A DNA stretch of 54,151 nt from Octopus bimaculoides (GCF_001194135.2 NC_068998.1:1282647-1336797), one strand, 5' to 3'; numbered from the stretch's first letter, positions 1-11,869 are shown. Numbers and translations are program-made. The notes: generated by a model from the sequence alone, not told the origin.

Positions 1-107
1 AGCATGCATATATAAGAAACCTCTAGAAGTAACAAGTACCAATTAATTGGTGCGGTATTTAATACACGTGCTAGAGATCACCTTGCTGGACACCTTGTGG
101 CCGAGCA

Positions 108-167
108 GTCGGGTGGGAAGTCGGGTGGGCGATCGGGTGAGGGGCCGGGTAGGCGATCGGGTGTAAA
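108..167 (+). repeat. Degenerate 12-bp tandem repeat (RTCGGGTGGGCG-like, 5 units) containing a G-quadruplex-type motif
   Basis: Units gtcgggtgggaa / gtcgggtgggcg / atcgggtgaggg / gccgggtaggcg / atcgggtgtaaa; GGG-T-GGG-AAGTC-GGG-T-GGG at 111-129. Confidence 0.8.
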
Positions 168-324
168 TCTATTTCACGTCTACTTTTTTTCCAGCTCTTT
201 GTTATTTTAAACGATAGACTTTCTGTAAATATAACTTGTTTCTTATTGCATTTAGCTCAGCAGATGTGGTGACATTCCAACACGAATACACACATACAGC
301 ATGTGTGCACAAGTCTGTTTGATT

Positions 325-565
325 AACTGTTTCAGACACGCACGCACACACACACATATACATATGTATATATATGTATGTGTATGTGTGTGTGCATATA
401 TATATATATATATATGTGTGTGTATATACACACATACGTGCATACACACATATATAAATATATATATGTGTGCACATATATATATGTATATAGATATATC
501 TGTATGCACACACATGTGTGTGCGTGTGTGTGTGTATGCGTACACACACACACATATATGTATGA
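325..565. repeat. Compound (CA)/(TA)/(TG) microsatellite tract
   Basis: Seen directly in the sequence; explains the overlapping YI/HT/CV-rich pseudo-ORFs. Confidence 0.95.
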
Positions 566-796
566 ACAAAACGAACGGAAATATATCGCATTCTTAATAC
601 TTTATATCTATTTTATAAAGTGGATTATAAAAGGATTAACTTTATATACAGACATATGCGTATATATGCATAGACGCACATTCACACATGCATATTTATG
701 CACATACACTCGGACACGCATTTGCACATATTTAGGAAAATACGTGCGTGTGTGTGTGTGTGTGTGTATGAGAGCGCATGCCGCAGTGGTTATGAA

Positions 797-1133
797 GGCG
801 CATATACCGATGGTTAGAGCGTCGGGCTCGCAATCATGAGGTAATGAGCTCGATTACCGGAGCGGGCTGCGTGTTGTGTTCTTGAGCAAGACACTTTATT
901 TCACGTTTCTCCAGTTCACTCAGCTGTAGGAATGAGTTGACACGTCACTGTTGCCAGGCTGTATCGGCCCCTTTGCCTTTCCCTCGGATTACATCTGTGG
1001 CATGGAAGGCGGAGGCTGGTATGCATGGGAGATTGCATCTCTTCCACAAACAACTTTGTTCAGAGTTGTGCATCCGAGGGGAACTTTCTAGGTGCAATCC
1101 ATGGTCATTCATGACCGAAGGGCGTCTTTGCCC
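797..1133 (+). mobile_element. tRNA-derived SINE, family C, near full length
   Basis: tRNA-like head (ggttagagcgtcgggctcgcaatcatgagg...gagctcgattaccgg; degenerate A and B boxes), then a GTGTTGTGTTCTTGAGCAAGACACTT body resembling the CORE/V/Meta-type conserved SINE domains (from memory), ending at a (TA)n tract. Confidence 0.75.
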
Positions 1134-1951
1134 ATATATATNNNNNNNNNNNNNNNNNNNNNNNNNNNNNNNNNNNNNNNNNNNNNNNNNNNNNNNNNNN
1201 NNNNNNNNNNNNNNNNNNNNNNNNNNNNNNNNNNNNNNNNNNNNNNNNNNNNNNNNNNNNNNNNNNNNNNNNNNNNNNNNNNNNNNNNNNNNNNNNNNNN
1301 NNNNNNNNNNNNNNNNNNNNNNNNNNNNNNNNNNNNNNNNNNNNNNNNNNNNNNNNNNNNNNNNNNNNNNNNNNNNNNNNNNNNNNNNNNNNNNNNNNNN
1401 NNNNNNNNNNNNNNNNNNNNNNNNNNNNNNNNNNNNNNNNNNNNNNNNNNNNNNNNNNNNNNNNNNNNNNNNNNNNNNNNNNNNNNNNNNNNNNNNNNNN
1501 NNNNNNNNNNNNNNNNNNNNNNNNNNNNNNNNNNNNNNNNNNNNNNNNNNNNNNNNNNNNNNNNNNNNNNNNNNNNNNNNNNNNNNNNNNNNNNNNNNNN
1601 NNNNNNNNNNNNNNNNNNNNNNNNNNNNNNNNNNNNNNNNNNNNNNNNNNNNNNNNNNNNNNNNNNNNNNNNNNNNNNNNNNNNNNNNNNNNNNNNNNNN
1701 NNNNNNNNNNNNNNNNNNNNNNNNNNNNNNNNNNNNNNNNNNNNNNNNNNNNNNNNNNNNNNNNNNNNNNNNNNNNNNNNNNNNNNNNNNNNNNNNNNNN
1801 NNNNNNNNNNNNNNNNNNNNNNNNNNNNNNNNNNNNNNNNNNNNNNNNNNNNNNNNNNNNNNNNNNNNNNNNNNNNNNNNNNNNNNNNNNNNNNNNNNNN
1901 NNNNNNNNNNNNNNNNNNNNNNNNNNNNNNNNNNNNNNNNNNNNNNNNNNN

Positions 1952-1996
<45 letters not shown>

Positions 1997-2078
1997 AATA
2001 TATACACAAACGTTTGAAGCGTCGAATGTTTGGCATTTTACAGACATATATAATATATACAGGCAGACAGATACACAC

Positions 2079-2135
<57 letters not shown>

Positions 2136-2879
2136 CGCGCGCGCACGCATACACACGCATACACGTATACATAATGTCATATAGTAGTTAGCCACCGTTG
2201 AGATAAAACTGTCACCGACAAAAAAACAGCTTCCTGGCCAATTGTTTTACCTTTATTGCAAATTCTTGCCTGTACCTGCTATAGTCCTTGGTACACTTGT
2301 TTAAGTTACCAAACATCTGGACAATAATCTAGAAATTTCGGGAGCTTTTAAGCAACTCGTCCTTTATAAAACTGAATAATTATAACCATATATGTTCATC
2401 TTCTTCTGCATCACCACCACCAGCTCCCCTCCTTTGTCTTTCCAAAAGCTATTCCTACTTCGCTCAGTCAATCCAGGCCCCTTAAAATCTCCTCAATAAA
2501 CAGTGAAGAACTCAGAGAGCGCCTCAACTGTTTCTTATAAACTACTTATGCCACAGGGCCAAACATATTAAAAATTAAAGCTCGCCAAGCTGTACCAAGC
2601 ACATCGTTTATCCCCTCAGCAAACCAGCCATGACTTCCCCCTACTATGAAATGTACAGTTAACACCCAAAGATTCTTCAATGTCACCCTTGAACACTACG
2701 TCCCAAAGCATCCCACTGTCTTCCCAGAACGCTACTAAATCAATCTCGAACCTTGAACGTTACTGAGAGTGCCTCCCCAGGTTCCCTGCATATCAGTAAA
2801 AACGAGATAATTTATAAAATTATGAACTTGGCTTATCGTATAGAGTACATGTTGGGTGTCCTCGAGATATTTTTGGCTA

Positions 2880-3100
2880 CAAAATGTTTGCATTGTGGCT
2901 CTTAATGTCATCAAACACATTTTTTTCGAGGAGCTGTAGCTTACCTTAACGTTATTTTCGTCGAACGGTTTGTGCAATTTATGGCAATTCGGGAAATGCT
3001 TTCTGATCAGCAAGAGGATATACCTTGTAACATTATTTCCTTTCTCATCACAATGTTCAATGGTGGATTATATCAAACAACATTTCTTTTCCTTATTCAC
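2880..3100 (-). mobile_element. Penelope-like element fragment (region between RT and GIY-YIG), degraded
   Basis: Minus strand reads RKRNVV*YNPP.../..LLIRKHFPNCHKLHKPFDENNVKVSYSS, matching the PLE motif RKRxIIWFNPP...LIDKHFPxxxKLHKIFNRNNVKVSYSC; contains a stop and a frameshift. Confidence 0.8.
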
Positions 3101-3220
3101 TGAAACAATTGCCGAACGGTGTTGCTAAGTTTTCCTTTCTTGGCGTCGGCTCCGTTTTGTTGCTTTGTTGTGTGTAGTAACGTATGTTTAGTGCTTCGTT
3201 ATACGTGTATTTATGTGTGT

Positions 3221-3330
<110 letters not shown>

Positions 3331-3621
3331 TAAGGGTATGTTTTCAAAGGGGATAGAAAGAGAATCAGCTTGAGAGACAAACAGACAGACATATTGACAG
3401 AGAGAAGGTGTCGCAAAGGCAACAACGATTGAAAGTATTAAGCAGAGTCTAATGAAATACGAGTGGAGTGTGTCTTGGTGAAGTAATGTCTCTTCTGACG
3501 CAGGATATCTTTACACCTTCGTCCTTTTGTAACTGACACCACACGCCCTTCGCACATACACAGGCACACATCAATTATCAAACACACACAGACACATCAC
3601 GCATCACACACATACATCTCC

Positions 3622-3666
<45 letters not shown>

Positions 3667-3736
3667 GTACATATACAAATATATATGTGCGCGCGCGTGT
3701 GTGTTAGTGTATGTGCGTGTGTGTGTTAGTGTGCAC

Positions 3737-3784
<48 letters not shown>

Positions 3785-3922
3785 ATGTGTGTATCTGCCT
3801 GCTAAAAACAGCACGGACGATACATAAACGACCGTTTGTTTACATTCAATTCTGTCAAATGTGCTGAAATCCGGAATCAGTGTCAATGCTTTTAAAGAGC
3901 TTCGTTATCGTCTTGAAGACAC

Positions 3923-3924
<2 letters not shown>

Positions 3925-3975
<51 letters not shown>

Positions 3976-4325
3976 TGTTGTTGATGATGACGATAATGAT
4001 GATGTAGATGTTGCTGCTTTGATTTTTTTTTTGTTTTGGTTTATGTTACATTCAATGATTTTGATCTATTGTTGTTGTTGATATTATTGTTCCTGTTTCC
4101 CAGTCATTATTGTTATTAATATTGTTGGTGCTGCTGTTGTTGTTGTTGTTACTGCTGTTACTTTCTTTTTCCCTGTTGTTGCTGTTGCTTGTATCATTAC
4201 TGATTCTGTTGTTGTTGTTGTTGTTGTTGCTACTACTGTTTCTGCAACTGTTGATGAGGATAATGTTCTTGTGGTTTGTGATGTTTTTGCTTTCATAACA
4301 TCACACCCATCACCATCATCATCAC

Positions 4326-4386
<61 letters not shown>

Positions 4387-4398
4387 TTCACCATCATC
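3925..4398. repeat. Trinucleotide low-complexity block: (TAG)n to (TTG)n/(ATG)n, degenerate (GTT)n, then (CAT)n
   Basis: Seen directly in the sequence; source of the poly-L and poly-T pseudo-ORFs. Confidence 0.92.
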
Positions 4399-4567
4399 TT
4401 ATGAATCAATGGTGGATTGACCTGATATGTTTTTTCTATGTCTCTCTTTCTGTTGCTCTTATGTTTTTTCTATGTCATATTTATATATTGCTTTTACAAT
4501 TTTCTTTCTGGATTTTGATGTATTTCAATATTTCTGTTTTTCTAAATATTAATATGAAAGTGCCAGT

Positions 4568-4790
4568 ATGCCTTGGGTATATGCAGTTTATTCTGGGTAC
4601 CAGCAACGTGCCCTGGGTGCATGCAATGTGCTCTGGGTACATGCAGAGTAGTCTAAGTAGGGGCAATGATCCCTGGCTAAGGGCAGTGTACTCTGAGTAC
4701 CTACAGTGAAGCTAGGGTAGGAGATATGCTCTGGATACAGGCAGAGTGGCCTCGGTACATGCATTGTGTTCTGGGTACGAGAGGTGTGCC
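4568..4790 (+). repeat. Diverged 20-bp minisatellite, ~11 units, consensus ~GTGCTCTGGGTACATGCAGT
   Basis: Units in 20-bp register at 4568, 4588, 4608, 4628, 4648, 4668, 4688, 4708 (18 bp), 4726, 4746 and 4766. Confidence 0.85.
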
Positions 4791-5632
4791 ATTGGTAATA
4801 GCCTTATACTTTAGTTGCGAGTTGCATACCTCGGGTGCCGCGGCAGCCGATTTAATAGCGAATTAGTCTGCATACCTTCCTTTGAGAAGAGCCTCATCGA
4901 CGAAATACTCATGGATTATAAACTTTATATATTTTAATAAATATTTCAGTTTACTTGTCGTATCTGGACAGTTTTTTCACACGCTTTGGAGTCTTTTTTT
5001 TTTTCAATATTACCATAAATTTTCCCCTCCACACTTTACAATTCTTATTCCATAAATCCCATTCAAACACCAACGAAATATATTTTTCCCTTCGCTATAA
5101 AATATTTTCCGAAGCAAATTATTTCAAACCTAAATATGTTCTTTTCTGTATTTTTTAATTAATCTTAATTATTACATTAATTTTCTGAGATATTAATTCG
5201 TTTCAGTTTACTAAACATTGACACCTAGTCCTTCCTTTCTTTTCACTTCTATCCCTTACACTTCTCAGACGTATATCTTACCCTGCGGTGACATATCCCT
5301 TACAATTTTGTCACATTTATTTCCATTACACTGCTTTCTCTCTTTTTCTCCCATTTGTCTTCCAACTCAAAACACACTCAAATTTCATGTGTTATGCTAG
5401 ATTTGTTCCATTCCTTTTCCACATCACTGAACTTGCAGCTTCGAACGATCTCTCGCCTCTTATTTATAGAGCTCATGAACCACTCTGCTTCAGAATAAGG
5501 TTATACATACATACATACATACATACATACATACATACATACATACATGGAGGATGTTGTTCAGAGTCACAACTACCGTGATGGCTTTGAAATCGAGTCA
5601 AATGTAAAGTATATATCTCAGTTTTAGTTTCA

Positions 5633-5712
5633 AGAGTCATGTAGAGTCAAATAGAGTCATGTAGAGTCAAGTAGAGTCAAGTAGAGTCAAGTAGAGTCAA
5701 GTAGAGTCGAGT
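5633..5712 (+). repeat. 10-bp tandem repeat (GTAGAGTCAA), ~8 units
   Basis: Seen directly in the sequence. Confidence 0.95.
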
Positions 5713-5765
5713 AAACTTGCGAAGAGGTGGAGTAAGCTTCCCGTTGACTCACTCAGGAAATATGC

Positions 5766-5915
5766 ATAGTTTGTTTCAGCTCTTCATTACTTAACAGTTT
5801 CGTGGGCATAGGACACGTCCACCTTGTCAGATGATTCCGTCTCTGAATATCTGACGAACAGGACGTGTCCTATGTTAAAGAAACTTGTAAGTTCTACGCA
5901 TCTGAACCAAACTGT
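5766..5915. repeat. ~150-bp imperfect inverted repeat (foldback)
   Basis: cataggacacgtcc (5807-5820) is the exact reverse complement of ggacgtgtcctatg (5861-5874); the inner arms match at 34/44 nt ungapped; outer pairing 5766-5779 with 5902-5915. Confidence 0.9.
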
Positions 5916-6019
5916 TATATATTTTATAACAGCAATTGAGTCTGTTGAGCGCTGCTTTCGTTCTTCTGCTCACTGGGAAGAAACACACACACTAAAACAA
6001 ACACACACACACGCATCTA

Positions 6020-7582
6020 TGTGTGTTTATGAGCTGTAAGCATGTATGTATGTATGCATGTATGCATGTATGTATGTATGTATATGTGTGTGTATGTACA
6101 TGTATCTATATGTATGTGTATATAAATGCACACACACATACATACATACATACACACACACATACACACATACATACTTACAGACATACACACACACACA
6201 TACACACACACATACACACATACACACATATACACACACATGCACACACACACACACACACACATACACACATACACACATACGTACACATATTTCGGTG
6301 AGGATTTTGTTTATTCTCAGTTTCCATCAACGTTTCGTGTCAGCCACCGTCTTCTTTCGACACAACTTCCTATCTACTTCGAGCTTACTCACCACCACCA
6401 CCACCACCACCACCACCACCGCCTCCGACATTATCAACACCATCATCAGCAACAATATCAACATCATTATCAACACTTTATTTTTGCCATCATCATCATT
6501 NNNNNNNNNNNNNNNNNNNNNNNNNNNNNNNNNNNNNNNNNNNNNNNNNNNNNNNNNNNNNNNNNNNNNNNNNNNNNNNNNNNNNNNNNNNNNNNNNNNN
6601 NNNNNNNNNNNNNNNNNNNNNNNNNNNNNNNNNNNNNNNNNNNNNNNNNNNNNNNNNNNNNNNNNNNNNNNNNNNNNNNNNNNNNNNNNNNNNNNNNNNN
6701 NCATCGCCACCGCCATCTCCACCCCCACAACACCTCCACCACCGCCACCACCACCGCCACCACCACCGCCACCACCACTACTACCACAACTATCATCATC
6801 ATCATCATCAACATTACCGTTGTAACCATCTTCGGAAACGTTTGCCATGTTCTTACATGTTTTTATTCTTTCCTCCTCTTCTGGTTACTCCTCACACTCT
6901 CTTTATACTTCTCTCTCTCTCCCTCCCTCCCTTCTTCTCCTCCTTCTCTCTCTCCCCCTATATTGGAGACGCTGTCTCACTTTCATTGGGGCTTCTCCTC
7001 TTGTTGATATCGTTGACATCATCATCATCATCACCATCATCATCATCCTCATCCACCTTCTCATCAGCACTATTGCCGCCACCTTCTCCACCACCGCCAA
7101 CACCACCACCACCCATCACCACCACCACCACCGCCACCACTACCACAACCAATACCACCCATCACCATCACCACCACCACCATCTCCACCATCACCATGG
7201 TCTCAGTCGATCTACGAAGGTCATAAACACATCCATTCTCTCTTAACTAAACAAAAAGTCATCACATATCATCACCATCACCATCACCATCGTCATCGTC
7301 ATCACGATCCTCCATCAACTCCTCCTCCTCCGCCGCCTCCTCCTCCTCAATCTTAGCTCATCTTTCTCTTCCTCATCATCAACTTCCACCTTCACACATG
7401 CACTGTTATCATTGCTGACATCGTACTCCACCACCACCACCTCCTCCTCCACCTCCTCCTCCTCCTCCTTATCATCATCATCATCATCACCACTACATCC
7501 TCCACTTCCACCCCCACCACACCTGCACTCTACCATTATTGTCAACAACAGTCAGATCAATGTGCCATCAACACACACACAA

Positions 7583-7629
<47 letters not shown>

Positions 7630-7640
7630 AACACATAAGC
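6020..7640. repeat. Extended low-complexity region: (TATG)/(CA), (CAC)/(CAT)/(CCT) and (CT) arrays
   Basis: Seen directly in the sequence; includes the gap at 6501-6701. Confidence 0.93.
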
Positions 7641-7940
7641 ACATACTCGCACTGAGACACAATGAGACACAAGATCTTTCCAAACACGTCGTTATGGTTA
7701 CTGTAGGGTGTACATTAATGCAGGGAGCAGCAAATATCAAACTCCACAGAATTATGATGGCAGAAGCAATCAGTGGGCATGTTTCGGTCTTATTATTACC
7801 TCCTCAGCATAATTACTTTGCCAAAGTAATTATTTTTCCAACACTATGTAATTGCATAGGAAATTAAAGCTAGAATTGTTTAAAAAATAATTCAGCAGAC
7901 ACCGTTCGCGTAAAAAAATCATAGTTAAGTTAGTTAGTTT

Positions 7941-8046
7941 CCATTTCGGGGTCGATAAAATAAGTACCAGCTGAACACTGGAGTCGATGTAATCGATTAG
8001 CCCCTTCCTCCAAAATTTCAGACCTTGTGCCTATAGTAGAAAAAAA
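7941..8046 (+). mobile_element. SINE family A, 3' fragment
   Basis: ttcggggtcgataaaataagtaccag...gtcgatgtaatcga...cttgtgcctatagtagaaa; matches the 3' half of the copies at 41317 and 49062. Confidence 0.85.
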
Positions 8047-8701
8047 TTAATGTGACTTGTAATACGTATCCCCACCCGCACCTAAGGAAATCCTTTACTT
8101 CGTGGCGTGAGTTGTCCTAAACCTCAACCAGTTATATACGGCGCGAGTTGTAATTAGTAATGAACGGTTAAACGTAACAGGGCTCAGCCTGTTTAATACC
8201 AGTACCACGCTTTGGGGGTAACTTGCAAGAATTAGAACGAGGTTTCCAGTGATCTCTTTGAAGAAAATTTCCTCCCTTTCTTCCATCAGTCTTGGAGACT
8301 CTGGAAGTGGTTATGGGCGCTACTGTTCCTTCTCTGATTTCGGAAGCAACAACAATAGAATTAGAATCCTTAATAACCAAATACGTGACATTTCGCATCC
8401 ATCTTCTCCAATCTCAGCATATTGTTTACTCCTCATAGCACTTAATACCGGCCGGGACATTGCTACTCACCTAATTAACTCAATCATTTACCATCATATC
8501 TTTACAACACATAAATATTTCCTTCAACTCAGAAATGTAATGCGTTGCTTTTAAAGATTTCCTTTTTCAAACAAAACATTGCCGAAACTTCCAAGTCGAA
8601 TTGTGTCCCGTCATTAAAACATGGCCGTGTCAGCTTTTATTGTGTGTTGGTGTGATGTTTGCTTTGTTAACATCTTGCTACAATTACCATCTACCATCTC
8701 G

Positions 8702-9018
8702 AAATCAGTCACGTTTCCCTCCGACACTAAAAACTTACAAACTGTTTATGTGTAAAGCAAATGTGCTGAGCGACGAAATAATGTCCTTATTGTTCGAATA
8801 ATGATGAAAATTTCTGTTAATTATTTCACATTATATATTTACATATATGTATATGGATATGNNNNNNNNNNAAATCAGTCACGTTTCCCTCCGACACTAA
8901 AAACTTACAAACTGTTTATGTGTAAAGCAAATGTGCTGAGCGACGAAATAATGTCCTTATTGTTCGAATAATGATGAAAATTTCTGTTAATTATTTCACA
9001 TTATATATTTACATATAT
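8702..9018. repeat. ~147-bp exact direct duplication flanking a 10-N gap (probable contig-overlap artefact)
   Basis: 8702-8848 is identical to 8872-9018, separated by N at 8862-8871. Confidence 0.9.
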
Positions 9019-10706
9019 ATTTACATATAAGTATATGGATATATAAATATATGTATGTATGTACATGTGTGTATATGTACACATACACACATACACGTGT
9101 ATCGTTGTTTCTTTCGGTTTCACGCACATTATGATCTTGCTGTTATTGCTGTTGCTGAGGTGGTGGCGGCGGCGGTGAGGATGCTTGTTGTAGTGGAGCT
9201 GTTTATTTTGGTAATGGTGGTTAGGCCGAGATCAGTTCGTATCGAACAGTCCTACGATTAAAAGCATTCCAGTTGTGGCTGTCCCGTCTTTTTCCAGTGA
9301 GAAAGGAGCTCACACCCTCCTTATCAAGATTTGACATCTATTTCTAGTAGCTCATATAACCAAGTAGACGGTCCCTCTTTGGCTTAAAGAATGTGTAAAT
9401 ACCATTGGGAAATGCATGAACATTACCACATACCATTGCCTTTTTTGAAATTATAATACTTAACCACGGATATGTTATAGCTTTTCCTGAGAGATTCAAC
9501 AGACTAAATGAGATTTGTGAATTATACAGAACAACGATGCTGTGGACGTTGTTGTTGTTGCTAACAAATTAGTCTTGCACAGTTTTTGTAAAGTATTTTG
9601 CTGGGTCAGCATATATAAGGACTTATTCGATTACATCAAAGAATTTATGCTCGATATCACGGATGCGTGTGTGTGTGTATGTTCGCTTCTGTATTTAATT
9701 ATTCAAATTCTTCCCTCTGAAGAAGGAGCTGGTTTCCAACAAAGATACAAAGTTCCATCCTTGGAATGTAGATAACAAAAGCAATGTCACATTTGGAACT
9801 TGAGAAAAGTCTTGCATATTTTTACTCTTCCGTTTACAGATTGTATTTGTAGTGTGCGAGTTTGAAAACTCAGTCTTATCCAGATTGTCACTTATGTATG
9901 TATGTATGTATGTATGTATGTATGTATGTATGTATGTCTAAGTGGTTACGTTTTGTGTTCTGGTTTCGTGTTTCTCCCTGTGTCAAGTACCTCTTCCTTG
10001 AGTATCGTGCAGCATGCGAATCAAAATGGCTGAGTCTGAAGGAAGAAATAGTTCCATGGCCTGTGTAGAATCTCCGAGGAGCGTTAATGCTTCGTTCGGT
10101 CCGGGTCGGCCAACACCTGCAAGAAAGACATAAGCAGGGAGAAGATTCCAGAAAGTTGCTCCAAAGAGGAAGGACTGGAGAGAGCGGGACGGAGGTGGAA
10201 GCTGGAGGTAAAACGCAACGAGAGAATGAATGGAGCGGGAGCGGGAGTCCTGGGTGGAAGAGGTACACGACCAACCAGCCCCAAAGAACAGAGGCCATTG
10301 TAATAGCGACAGAAGAGGAACTGTTGAGGTAATCCTCAATGAAACGTGTTCTTTGTAGAACTCTGTGAAACGTGACAGTTCACAGCGAACAGCAACAATT
10401 AAGATGGAGAAATTAAGAAAGGAATCAGAAAGAGACGAGAATTGACAAAAATAGGAAATACCTGAAAGGATAAGAAAATGTATTAAAGAGAGAAGAAAGA
10501 AATTCCAAGATGAAAAAAATGAAAAAAAATATAAATAAATAAATCAAGGCTTTACAGGTCCAGGTGTTCGTTAAAGGTAGTTTGAATGGGTATTGTCAGT
10601 ATATCCGGGTGGTGTCAGTATGGAATCTACAGTGAGTTGTTTAACAGACCATACCCTCCATGTCTCCACTGTCCAGCAACACTAACAGCTCACAACTGGT
10701 CTCTTA

Positions 10707-10708
<2 letters not shown>

Positions 10709-10757
<49 letters not shown>

Positions 10758-10793
10758 CAACAACAATAATTATTATTATCATTATTATTATTA

Positions 10794-10840
<47 letters not shown>
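10709..10840. repeat. (AAT)n/(AAC)n immediately followed by (ATT)n/(ATC)n: self-complementary AT-rich array
   Basis: Seen directly in the sequence; the array switches polarity at about 10760. Confidence 0.9.
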
Positions 10841-10967
10841 AGCAATCACATTCCAACAATAACAATATATAGTATTTAGAAAGGACACTGCATAACACTA
10901 CTCAACTACTACTACTACTACTACTACTACTTATAATAATAATAATAACAACAACAACAACAACAAC

Positions 10968-11118
10968 ATCGAAAAATACCTTGGGAATGAGAACCCAGGT
11001 TCGAAATTTTGGCAAGACACCTGATGAAGGCTGGAGGGTATATCAGCCGAAACATTTTGTTAACAACAAACCAGATGAGGACAAATATCCGTCAAATGTA
11101 AATAATGTAAATAATGTA
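10968..11118 (+). mobile_element. Probable terminal fragment of a Penelope-like element carrying the hammerhead motif
   Basis: Contains the HHR core, preceded by (CTA)(ATA)(ACA) arrays and followed by a short AAATAATGT repeat; the PLE assignment is inferred from the HHR architecture. Confidence 0.5.
11016..11061 (+). ncRNA. Minimal type I hammerhead ribozyme motif of Penelope-like terminal-repeat type, probably degenerate
   Basis: GACAC(11016-20)-CTGATGA(11021-27)-A-GGCTG/loop/CAGCC (5-bp stem II, 11029-33 with 11044-48)-GAAAC(11049-53)-A-TT-TTGTT; stem I pairs 4/5 with GACAC; near-absent stem III as in PLE-associated minimal HHRs. Confidence 0.7.
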
Positions 11119-11379
11119 GATATACAGAGGTTTGAAGGTGTGTCTACACTTAATTAATCTGGATAATTAACTTGTAACACGTTTTGATCTTATCGAACCT
11201 CTGCCACAGCCATCCAAAATTGTTACCCTTTGCCAAAGGAATTGTCTTGCTGAAGTGAAATAATATTTACATCTAAGAATGGCAAACATTAACACAGATT
11301 CGGTTCACTGCTTGCCATTCCATTTCCTTATTTTACCAATTCTAACCAAATTACACAACGCTACTCCTCTTGTACTCTC

Positions 11380-11829
11380 CACCTTTCTTTATAATATCTA
11401 CCTTTCTTTTTTCATCACTCTCTCACTCTGCCTCTTTCTTTCGCAGTCATTTACTTTCTCTCTCTCTCTCTCTCTCTCTCCCTCTCTCTCTCTGCATCTC
11501 TCTCTCTTTCTCCAACTTTCATCCTCTCTCCCTCTTTTTCTCCCTTTCTTACTCTCTCTTTCTCTCTCACACTCTGCCACTCTATTCCTTCTTCTCTCTC
11601 TCTCTCTCTCCCACCCTCTCTCTCTCTTTCTCCCTCTCTCCCCCCTCTCTCTCCTGTTGCTCATAAATCTACTCTGATGCTATCAAAGACACACAATGTT
11701 GGCTATTAATTGTGACAATGGTATCGTTGTTGCCGTTGTTCGCACGTACTTGAAAACACTAACGAAGAGCAGACGTTCCGTTATCACCGACATGGAACCC
11801 CTCGGCCCACCTCTCTCTCTCCCTCTATA

Positions 11830-11869
<40 letters not shown>

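Noticed and set aside
797-870. tRNA gene
   Set aside because: The tRNA-like heads here and in families A and B lack complete cloverleaf stems and continue into SINE bodies; they are SINE promoters, not tRNA genes.
2220-2860. Continuation of the Penelope GIY-YIG domain
   Set aside because: No GIY-YIG or CCHH motifs could be read in any frame; origin left unassigned.
4568-4790. CRISPR-like regular spacing
   Set aside because: Degenerate tandem units with no constant repeat and unique spacer structure, no cas genes, and a eukaryotic context.
7781-7807. Second hammerhead-like core on the minus strand (CUGAGGA-GGU...ACC-GAAAC)
   Set aside because: No NUH cleavage triplet in register (GAAACAUGC), only a 3-bp stem II and 2-bp stem I; probably chance or too decayed to call.
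8702-9018. Apparent 147-bp direct repeat
   Set aside because: An exact duplicate on both sides of a token 10-N gap is the signature of unmerged overlapping contig ends, not biology.
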